Assembly (NCBI GenBank): GCA_023248545.1
Contig: JAHFEF010000009.1
Location: 8,078 to 72,077 of the forward strand
DNA length: 64,000 nt
Direction: 5' to 3'
From: Myxococcales bacterium
GTDB lineage: Bacteria > Myxococcota > UBA727 > JABDBI01
A program made the translations under genes and the position numbers. Positions 47,408-55,410 of the stretch are shown piece by piece. Positions within the stretch are counted from its first letter, which is position 1. Every line of letters begins with the position of its first letter. The notes under the pieces are model-generated. The model was given only the letters and a program-made list of their open reading frames with translations, was not told the DNA's origin and searched no databases.

Positions 47408-48359
47408 GGGCTTCACAGTCGCCAGCGTCTTAATTGCCCTCAGCATTTTGGCTGCTCTGTCGGCGTCTGTCTTAGTAACCGTGGCGACGAATCAATCCAC
47501 GCGCACCAACCAGCTCCACACCGACCAGGCCTTTTATTCATCTCAAGCCGCGTTTGAGTTTGCCATGCAGCAGATCAACGTCGACGGCAACCCAAACCCA
47601 ATTCCCACGCGCTATTTTATGGGACAGCCGTTTGATATTTCTCGAACTTGCAGTAAAATCAACGTGACAACCACGGCGGGAACAGCCACGAGTACCTTCA
47701 GCATTGGAGATCCTGGTCAACTGTGTGCGGTTTCTGGCAGTGCAACAGTCACCTCCAATTCAATTGACTTCACAGGCCAGAGTATCCCAAAAGATGATTG
47801 GATTTGGTTCAACTCGAGCTTTACGGTTTCTGGACTCGGTCAGACCCTCACCCATGTTTACGTAGAAACAGCCAATGTTCTTTTTACAGCCAATTCGGTC
47901 AACTACAACGTCGTCGTGCCCAGTGCGATAATTACATTCGACCCGGATGCCACCTGCGTATCGACAGAGTACATAGCCAACCAATGGCGAACCACGGTCC
48001 CAATTGCACAAAGTGGCAATATACTTCTCTCAGGAGTTGGATTTTTGGTACCAGCTAACTTGCCTGGCAGCCTTAGAAATGTCACGTGGAATGCTGTCAT
48101 TGCAGCTGACAAACCTGGAATATCTTTCACCTGGCAATGGGGCGCAGCCATCTACACAACCAGCTTATCCAATTTGAATGGGATTGGCGTGAAAGCCAGT
48201 GATAGCAACACGTGTAACGACAACAGCGGTTACAATGTAGCGACTCCAGAAAATGTGATTTCATACCATGTAAACGGTGGTACCGGGAGTGGCAATAGTT
48301 ATAACGGTGAACGAAGTGGAACCACTGGCTCAATAGCACCCTGCTTATCAGGCTGCTAA
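47379..48359 (+). CDS. PilX/MshP-like minor pilin fused to a beta-rich extracellular domain
   Basis: KG|FTVASV (no Glu5), QAFYSSQAAFEFA PilX-type motif, then about 200 aa of Ser/Thr/Asn-rich beta domain. Confidence 0.7.
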   Translation: MIMELLHRLKGFTVASVLIALSILAALSASVLVTVATNQSTRTNQLHTDQAFYSSQAAFEFAMQQINVDGNPNPIPTRYFMGQPFDISRTCSKINVTTTAGTATSTFSIGDPGQLCAVSGSATVTSNSIDFTGQSIPKDDWIWFNSSFTVSGLGQTLTHVYVETANVLFTANSVNYNVVVPSAIITFDPDATCVSTEYIANQWRTTVPIAQSGNILLSGVGFLVPANLPGSLRNVTWNAVIAADKPGISFTWQWGAAIYTTSLSNLNGIGVKASDSNTCNDNSGYNVATPENVISYHVNGGTGSGNSYNGERSGTTGSIAPCLSGC

Positions 48360-48442
48360 CCCATTGATTTTAAACAAATTCGTAAAAATTTAATCCAATA
48401 AATCAATCAATTACATAAGATATGTTATAAAATATATTCAGA

Positions 48443-49081
48443 ATGTTACTGAAATTAAAAGCATTAAATTTAAGCCGTCGAAGCAAGATACTGCTCGGGA
48501 TTCTGATGGCCGTAGTGATTGGCATGGCTGGCCACCGGTTCGCAAAATCGACGTTTTTCCAAAAACCTGCAGCTGCAGTACCAGCCCCCAAAGCAACCCG
48601 TCAACCTCAGGAAGACCTGGACACCGCGCTTCGTAAAGCCGAAGAACTGGTGTCCCAAAACCGACTGGATGAAGCCCTGCAGACCTATCAAGCCGCTTTG
48701 ACCGCAAACCCAAACAATGCTCGGCTTCACAACGACATCGGGTATATTTTACTTGAAAAAAATCTTCTGGTAGACAGCGAAAAACACCTAATTTTAGCTG
48801 CCGAACTGAATCCAGACTGCTCTGAATGCGCCAATAACCTAGGAATCTTGCGAACTCGCCAGGGCAAGACCCTGGAGGCCGAAAAGCACTTCAAAGAAGC
48901 GATTATTCTCAACGAAACCTACCCGGAGCCTTATTACAACCTAGGCGTGCTGTACGAAAAAAATGGCGACACAGGAAACGCGGTAGTTTTATATAATGAT
49001 TTTTTGCGTCATTCAACAGACAAGAAATCAATCGCATTTCTCCAAGTTGAAAATCGCATTTTGGTACTAGGAGGAAAATAA
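48443..49081 (+). CDS. Membrane-anchored TPR protein (pilotin/MshN-like)
   Basis: N-terminal TM; TPR repeats (HNDIG, NNLG, YYNLGVLY). Confidence 0.8.
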   Translation: MLLKLKALNLSRRSKILLGILMAVVIGMAGHRFAKSTFFQKPAAAVPAPKATRQPQEDLDTALRKAEELVSQNRLDEALQTYQAALTANPNNARLHNDIGYILLEKNLLVDSEKHLILAAELNPDCSECANNLGILRTRQGKTLEAEKHFKEAIILNETYPEPYYNLGVLYEKNGDTGNAVVLYNDFLRHSTDKKSIAFLQVENRILVLGGK

Positions 49082-49963
49082 ATGTCAAAATGCTCAGTGG
49101 GCATCGATGTAACGGCAAAAGACGTCAAAATGGTCTGCCTGACCCAAAAGGCCGGGCAGGTTCATTTGGCTGACTATGCTGTGGCGCCACTGACCGACCC
49201 AGAAAGTGTCAAAAAAGCGCTTTTACACCCAGCCATACACCGGGGAACCACTCGATACTCGATTCACGATGGAACGATCAAAATTCGAAAGATTACCGTG
49301 CCAATTGTCCCTAAGCAGGAACTCGACGAAGTGATTCGATGGGCCCTGAAAGATGCCACAAAAACCAGTGTCGAAGGACACACCATTCGCTATTATCCTG
49401 TAGGTGGGGCTGGCGACAAGCAACAGTCATATCTTGCCATGGCCGTCGAGCAAAAAAAGATACAAGATCATGTGATTGAGCTGCAGAAGATCGGAGTCGG
49501 GCAACCTCAATTGATTGAGCCAAGCGCTCAGGCCCTGGCCAACTGTGTGGGCCATAATTATGAGCTCAAGCTTACAGATCGCTGTGCAGCGATCCACTTG
49601 GATCCTTATTTGGCCTACTACACAGTCGTATCCCCAGAGGGGCTTCTATTTTATAGAACTTTTTCCCGTATAGATGGGAACACCCGCACAGATTTAAGTC
49701 AATTTTTCTCGAAACTGACCGTTGAGATTCAATACTCCTGCGAGAATTATCTCGCTCAATTTCCGAATCAACCAATTACCCAAGCAATCCTGTCGGGAGA
49801 AGAAGCCGCATTGCCGGGACTCAAAGCACACATTGAAGAAACTCTTCAAGTGCCCACACAACAGTTAGAAGTATTTAAAAAAATAGAGCTCAGCGAGCAA
49901 CAACGCGCTGGTTTGGGAGACAGCGCCATTTCGCATTGCATTGCAGTTGGGCTGGCTCTGTAG
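49082..49963 (+). CDS. PilM-like alignment protein
   Basis: VGIDV....VKMV, EL.EVIRW, ILSGE.A.LPGL, IAVGLAL. Confidence 0.75.
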   Translation: MSKCSVGIDVTAKDVKMVCLTQKAGQVHLADYAVAPLTDPESVKKALLHPAIHRGTTRYSIHDGTIKIRKITVPIVPKQELDEVIRWALKDATKTSVEGHTIRYYPVGGAGDKQQSYLAMAVEQKKIQDHVIELQKIGVGQPQLIEPSAQALANCVGHNYELKLTDRCAAIHLDPYLAYYTVVSPEGLLFYRTFSRIDGNTRTDLSQFFSKLTVEIQYSCENYLAQFPNQPITQAILSGEEAALPGLKAHIEETLQVPTQQLEVFKKIELSEQQRAGLGDSAISHCIAVGLAL

Positions 49964-49972
49964 GAAATTGAT

Positions 49973-50473
49973 ATGGCAGCGAAACACGTCAATCTATTAG
50001 ATATCTCATCTGCTGGACCCAGCCAGACTGAGCTGAACTATCTATCGATCGTCATTGTATCGGCTGTCGTTATTGTCGGATGTCTTGGGTTTGAATTTTG
50101 GCAAAGACACAATCTCAAATTGGCCCAAGGCCAGCTCGAGACCGTCACCACCGAAGTCACCAAACTCAATGAGTCGATCGGTTCAAAAACGAAGAAAGGA
50201 TCCAATCAAGATATCCTATCGAAGCTCAATCATCCCATCTTCTGGTCGAACCTACTGAAAGAAGTCACGCACGTCATTCCACCCGCGATCCAATTGTCAC
50301 AAATCACCGGCGCACTCACCAACAATCGCAGTCTTGTTGTGATGGGAAGCAGCTCCGGTTTGCCCGCCATTTTTGCACTCAAAAATAGCTTACTCGACAT
50401 TCCTGAATGCAGCCAAGTATCTGTCACGAATCTCAACCGATCAACCTTTCAAATTGAGTGTCAAATCCGATGA
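49973..50473 (+). CDS. PilN-like protein
   Basis: VNLL motif, TM, coiled coil, WS.LL.E....IP. Confidence 0.72.
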   Translation: MAAKHVNLLDISSAGPSQTELNYLSIVIVSAVVIVGCLGFEFWQRHNLKLAQGQLETVTTEVTKLNESIGSKTKKGSNQDILSKLNHPIFWSNLLKEVTHVIPPAIQLSQITGALTNNRSLVVMGSSSGLPAIFALKNSLLDIPECSQVSVTNLNRSTFQIECQIR

Positions 50474-51015
50474 ACTTAAATCTAACCCAACTTGATTTAA
50501 AGCAAAAACTCAACCAACGAGAGACGGTTATCTTCCTCGCAACCCTCTTGGTGGCATTTCTAGGGTTTTATAAATCCTGCGTGGTTCCAAACCAACAGGC
50601 CCTCAGCGATACGAAAGAGCAAACTCAAACTTTTGAAACTGAGCGAAACCGCTTAATCAAACAGGTGGCTGCTCAAAAAGAACCTAAACCACAAGATACC
50701 AGTCACAATCCATGGGTGGGAACACCCGATGCCCTCAATGAAACCATGGACTCATTGGGAAGACCGCTTCAATTAAAAGGCATTAGCCTGGTGGACCTGC
50801 AGCTCTCTGACATCCAGAAAAAAGAAGATCCCTTCAACCAAAAAGGCATTGTCCTGACGCTGTCTGGAAATTTCCAGGCCATTGGGCAATATATTGAGCA
50901 TTTGGAGAACCTTCCGATACCGTTACTCATAGAGTCTTTTTCGATTGCACCTGACGGCAACCAATTAAGCACTGTTGTTGTCAAAATCCAAGGTGGTTTT
51001 TATGTTTCTAAGTAA
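50470..51015 (+). CDS. PilO/MshJ-like protein
   Basis: LNQRE followed by TM; L.GNFQAIGQYIEHLE.LP. Confidence 0.75.
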   Translation: MNLNLTQLDLKQKLNQRETVIFLATLLVAFLGFYKSCVVPNQQALSDTKEQTQTFETERNRLIKQVAAQKEPKPQDTSHNPWVGTPDALNETMDSLGRPLQLKGISLVDLQLSDIQKKEDPFNQKGIVLTLSGNFQAIGQYIEHLENLPIPLLIESFSIAPDGNQLSTVVVKIQGGFYVSK

Positions 51016-51358
51016 AATTTTTATTTTGTTTCTAATTTGTTTTAGCCTACAGGCGGCAAGGCCTCTTTCTGGCCTCAACACCAAAGACTTTTTTGATGTT
51101 CAGAAGACGTTAACCAAGTGGCAAAACAACCCCTTCATTCAGCGGGGAGACACTGCCGGTATCGATGAGTTGGTTTTATTTGCCATTGTCTACAACAAAG
51201 ACAATGCGGCTGCCTTGATTAACAATCAAATTGTCAAAACGGGCGACAAAATAGGCTCTTTGGAAGTTGTTTCAATTGAAAAACAGCAAGTCATTTTGCG
51301 AAATGAAAACGGCGTTTTCAAATTGTCGTTTAAGAGGAAGAAAAATGAAAAACTTTAA
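51002..51358 (+). CDS. PilP/MshK-like protein
   Basis: NPF motif, L.AIVY....AALIN..IVK.GD.IG...VVSI. Confidence 0.7.
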   Translation: MFLSKIFILFLICFSLQAARPLSGLNTKDFFDVQKTLTKWQNNPFIQRGDTAGIDELVLFAIVYNKDNAAALINNQIVKTGDKIGSLEVVSIEKQQVILRNENGVFKLSFKRKKNEKL

Positions 51359-52769
51359 TTTATTATTGTTTTTGATTTTCGTCATGGCTGCCAAGCAGTA
51401 TTCCGTAGAAGCACGTGATGCACCTGTCACCGATATGATTCGCTTGCTCGCCTCCATCGACAAAAAAAATGTCGTCGTGCCGGGAGACTTAACAGGATCC
51501 GTGGTCGCAAGTTTCCCCGAGATCGAGCTGGGAGATGCCCTCAAATCCATTTTAGAATCCAACCAGCTGGTCGGTTCTGAAGCCAACGGCATCCTACAAG
51601 TGCTGACCAAGAAAACCCAAGAGAGCCTCGGAAAAGACTTATTCACAACAAGCTTCAACCTCAAATATGCCAAGGCCAAAGACATCGGAGCACAAGCCAA
51701 AGCTTTGATTGGCAATGCAGCTGGAGGTGGTGGTGCTGGCGGTGCTGGTGCTGGCGGTGCCACTGGAAAAGGCTCTATTCTCGCCGACGATAGAACCAAC
51801 TCGATTACCGTTCGTGGCACGCAGGATCAAATCCAAAGCATTCGTGCCTTAATTGAGAACAACGATAAAATCGATAAACAAGTTTTAATCGAGGCCAAAA
51901 TTGTCGAAGCTTCCAAAAGCTTTTCCAGAAATATTGGTGTTCAATGGGGCATTAATGGCAGCGTTGGGCCGCTGACAGTGGGTGGACTGGCTGGCACTGG
52001 CGCCGCTCAAAGCGGTCGGAATCTGAACGTGGGCGCTCCCAGTACCGATATGATTTCTGGAATTTCCGGTGCATTGGGTCCCTTCGGCAGCACGTCTATC
52101 GACGCACAAATATCAGCCGGTGAAGTGAACGGAACCCTGTCTATTCTTTCTCGGCCATCGATTGTGACGATGAATAATCAGCCGGCCACGATTCAAAGCG
52201 GTTTGCAGTTTTACATTCGAACGGCTGGAAGTGTCACCATTGCATCTGGCGGTTCTTCGAGTTCAGGTTCGAGCAGCACGGCTTCTACAGGCGCATCTGG
52301 TGGAGATCCCGCAGCCGGAGGAGGCTCTGGGGCGTCTTCAGGGGCCTCAACGGGGGGGAGCAATCTTCAGCAAATCTCGTCGGGCATTACGCTCGTCGTC
52401 ACACCGCATATTACCCCTGACAACAAGATTAGTTTGGCCATTAACGTTGTTTCTTCTCAAATCGACTTCTCCCAAATGGTCGCCGATATCCCGTCTATTA
52501 ACAACAATACAGCCACAACCACTGTCTTGCTCGAAAATGGTGCCACCACGGTCATTGGGGGACTGGCTCAACGTACCAATTCGAAAAACGCTCATGGAAT
52601 CCCTGTGCTCTCCAAGATACCCATCCTCGGTTCACTGTTTGGTAATTCTTCCAAGGCCAAGTCGGATCGAGAGCTGCTTATTTTTATCACTCCGACCGTC
52701 GTCCAGGACGTGATCAAACAAATGAGAGGATTCTCGAACAAGAATCTTACTCAAGATACTGAGAATTAG
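51345..52769 (+). CDS. Secretin (PilQ/MshL-like) with Gly/Ser-rich insertions
   Basis: LKYAKA, DDRTNSI, QVLIEAKIVE, IGVQW, GIPVLSKIPILGSLF, ELLIFITP. Confidence 0.92.
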   Translation: MKNFNLLLFLIFVMAAKQYSVEARDAPVTDMIRLLASIDKKNVVVPGDLTGSVVASFPEIELGDALKSILESNQLVGSEANGILQVLTKKTQESLGKDLFTTSFNLKYAKAKDIGAQAKALIGNAAGGGGAGGAGAGGATGKGSILADDRTNSITVRGTQDQIQSIRALIENNDKIDKQVLIEAKIVEASKSFSRNIGVQWGINGSVGPLTVGGLAGTGAAQSGRNLNVGAPSTDMISGISGALGPFGSTSIDAQISAGEVNGTLSILSRPSIVTMNNQPATIQSGLQFYIRTAGSVTIASGGSSSSGSSSTASTGASGGDPAAGGGSGASSGASTGGSNLQQISSGITLVVTPHITPDNKISLAINVVSSQIDFSQMVADIPSINNNTATTTVLLENGATTVIGGLAQRTNSKNAHGIPVLSKIPILGSLFGNSSKAKSDRELLIFITPTVVQDVIKQMRGFSNKNLTQDTEN

Positions 52770-53914
52770 TGTCCTGCTGCGATTTCTATCAGCGATCCCT
52801 GAGGGACCTCGTCTGTAAACACATACATGACCTGGAAGCTGGCCAAATTGAACTGGAACAGAACACCCGAGTTGTGAGTCCCCCCGGCAGCAGTCAAACC
52901 ATAGAAATTACCGTCGCTCGCCAGAAACAGGGAATCCTGCGGGTTGGCACCATGAGTCCCATCGAAGTCATGTTTGTTTTGATAGATGGACGCGGCTGAA
53001 TTATACTGGAACAGAACCCCCAAGTTGTTGGCCCCTCCGACGGTGGTTAAACCATAAAAATTCCCATCGGCACCCAGAATCAATGAACCCCGTGGACTGG
53101 CACCGTTGGTGCCATCGAAATCATATTTGTCTGTATAGGCCGACGTGCTCGGATCAAATTGAAACAAAACTCCCTGACCATTTTTTCCACCCAGATACGT
53201 CAGCCCATACAACATGCCATCAGCACCTTGAATTAAAGACCCGTGAGGATGTGCTCCCGTGGGGTCATTAAAAATCCATTCGATGGTATAAATCGCTGTA
53301 GTCAAATCATATGAGAACAAAACACCTCGACCTTGATGCCCTCCTGTATAAGTCACCCCGTATAACTTTCCATTACTGGCCTGAACCAGAGAACCATACG
53401 GGTTGGTTCCGTCTTCCACCGTGGAGTTAAATTCATACCGAACTTGATAGCTGTTGGTTTCCGACGCGTATTCAAATAAAACACCGTTTCCTGAGGTGCC
53501 TCCAAACGTGGTGAGCCCATAGAATTTGCCATTGGTCGCTTGAATTGAGGATCCCTTGTAGTAGGCCCCATTATTTGCCAAGAACAACCCATTGACCTGG
53601 GCCAGGGTAGAATCAGTTTGAAGACTCGTTCCTCCGACGGGAATGCTAAAAATCCTGTTAGAAGTAAAGCCGATCAGTCTATCAATAGAACTGATCAGAG
53701 TAGAAGTAGGAGCGGGATTCGGGGCAACAGAAATAGGGCTCTGCTCAGGAGGAACGGCCGATAGCGGCGACTCGTCGATGCCACCCGCAGAACCAGCGTC
53801 CAACGCCGGCGCCCCGGAAACAGGGCTCTGAACCCCGCAGCTCAAACAGCCTGCTGCAAATATTCCAATTATCAACGACCGGATCCTGCCCAGCCTCCTC
53901 TTGTGAAACGCCAT
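52766..53914 (-). CDS. Lipoprotein with Gloeobacter/Verrucomicrobia-type tandem beta repeats
   Basis: Lipobox-like CLS|C; about five repeats of G..P.GSL.Q..DG.(F/L)YG.T..GG....GVLF.Y. Confidence 0.8.
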   Translation of the reverse strand: MAFHKRRLGRIRSLIIGIFAAGCLSCGVQSPVSGAPALDAGSAGGIDESPLSAVPPEQSPISVAPNPAPTSTLISSIDRLIGFTSNRIFSIPVGGTSLQTDSTLAQVNGLFLANNGAYYKGSSIQATNGKFYGLTTFGGTSGNGVLFEYASETNSYQVRYEFNSTVEDGTNPYGSLVQASNGKLYGVTYTGGHQGRGVLFSYDLTTAIYTIEWIFNDPTGAHPHGSLIQGADGMLYGLTYLGGKNGQGVLFQFDPSTSAYTDKYDFDGTNGASPRGSLILGADGNFYGLTTVGGANNLGVLFQYNSAASIYQNKHDFDGTHGANPQDSLFLASDGNFYGLTAAGGTHNSGVLFQFNLASFQVMYVFTDEVPQGSLIEIAAGH

Positions 53915-53916
53915 AG

Positions 53917-55401
53917 TTAGTCATCCCCCTCGTGTTCACCATGATGATGTTTGCCACCGTGATGGTGTTTGCCACCATGATGTTTGTGACCGTGATGATG
54001 ACCATCGTGATCATCGTCATCATCATCGTCATTATCACCATGTGATGGCTTATGACCGTCTTTATCACCAGCACTTCGAATGTCTGAGATGGTACTCGGC
54101 ACACACAAAGTTTGCTCTTGTGAGAAGCCAATGACCTCATTGATAAATTCGTCACTAAAGAACGTGCTGATAATCGCCGATAGCGTTGATGGAGCGATCT
54201 GATAGCAAACAAAGTTATTTTGCGCACTCAAATTAGCTGCATACTGCGTCACCGTATCGCTTAAAGTAACCGTCACCGGCACACAAAAACTCTGAGCTTT
54301 GCGCAGCTGATAACCCTGGTCAACAATGTAATTGTTGCTCAGCCTCACGCTCACAAAGTCACGATGAAAACGCTGCCCGGAGTCTCTCTTATGATGTCTG
54401 TCATCCGAGTGAGCGGTCTTAGCCTCGGGGCATTTGTCATCAAACCCCTTATCAGACTCGCTACTCGTGTCGTAGCACAGGTAGAAAGTCGCATCAGGAA
54501 TTTCTCCAGTCTCATCGATGATCGAAGTCCCAATGACACCGGGAACCAGGAGCAATTTAGGATTCCCGAGGGTTTTTTGACCCATCGCTTCAAACTCGTT
54601 CGAGTATTTGACGGTCTTTGATCCGCTGATTGTGCCCGATGCTGCGTAAGCGCTATAAAAGAGACCTCTGTCATTAGGATAAAACGTATTGGTTCCAAAC
54701 ACTTCTTGAGTTGGGACCAAGAAGTTGCTCAGGTCTCCTAAGCTAAACACCGTATTGATCCCAAAATCGCTGTTCACCAAAGTCACTGTCGTGCCACCGA
54801 CCACGCCGTTGTTGCTGGTCTGTTCAGCGAAGACCATGAAGCGGTCTGGCTGGTCAGGCAGGCCAACAGAGTTTTGACCGACGTAGACCACACGATCGAG
54901 CCCCAAAATGCTTGGGAAGTTACAGTCACCTTGGTTGGTGGAGATAGCGACCAGAGAGTAGGTCCCGGTCGTTTGGAAGGTGTATGAAAAAAATGTCCAG
55001 CCGGTATTTCCACTGTCAACACTCCCCGAAAAAAGCACGACGTTGTTGTTGTTGGGAAACTCAATCAAAACCGAAGCATTGTCATTGAAGGGGAGCGCAT
55101 CTAAGGGTTCAAAATAAGCCCAGAACTGGATCTTGTCCCCTTGTATGGCGTCAAAGCTCTGTCGAAGGCTATTGCTACGGCAACCGCCCGGAATCGCGGC
55201 AAAATACTGTCCACCCACGGGGAGATAGCTATTGCTGCTTCTGACAATCACTAAGGAATCCTGGCCTATCAAATCAGGACTCGGCGTCCAACCCGTGAAG
55301 TCTCCCGTCTCAAATTCGCCATTGGTAATTATGTCCGCCGCCTGCAGCGTTCCCGCCCAGAGAATGCTCAAACCAAGAATGATTACATAGCGTCGAAACA
55401 T
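53917..55401 (-). CDS. Secreted protein with jelly-roll-like N-domain, CY/CVP repeat region and His/Asp-rich tail
   Basis: Signal peptide (LQA|A), ITNGEFETGDFTGW, repeated .CY and CVP motifs, C-terminal DDDDDDDHDGHHHGHKHHGGKHHHGGKHHH. Confidence 0.75.
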   Translation of the reverse strand: MFRRYVIILGLSILWAGTLQAADIITNGEFETGDFTGWTPSPDLIGQDSLVIVRSSNSYLPVGGQYFAAIPGGCRSNSLRQSFDAIQGDKIQFWAYFEPLDALPFNDNASVLIEFPNNNNVVLFSGSVDSGNTGWTFFSYTFQTTGTYSLVAISTNQGDCNFPSILGLDRVVYVGQNSVGLPDQPDRFMVFAEQTSNNGVVGGTTVTLVNSDFGINTVFSLGDLSNFLVPTQEVFGTNTFYPNDRGLFYSAYAASGTISGSKTVKYSNEFEAMGQKTLGNPKLLLVPGVIGTSIIDETGEIPDATFYLCYDTSSESDKGFDDKCPEAKTAHSDDRHHKRDSGQRFHRDFVSVRLSNNYIVDQGYQLRKAQSFCVPVTVTLSDTVTQYAANLSAQNNFVCYQIAPSTLSAIISTFFSDEFINEVIGFSQEQTLCVPSTISDIRSAGDKDGHKPSHGDNDDDDDDDHDGHHHGHKHHGGKHHHGGKHHHGEHEGDD

Positions 55402-55410
55402 AAAACCTCC

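Noticed and set aside
51720-52360. Gly/Ser low-complexity runs in the secretin as a possible separate repeat element
   Set aside because: They are in-frame flexible insertions of a kind common in secretins
53745-54227. 160-aa Met/Ile/Thr-rich ORF
   Set aside because: Alternative-frame shadow of the His/Asp repeat tail
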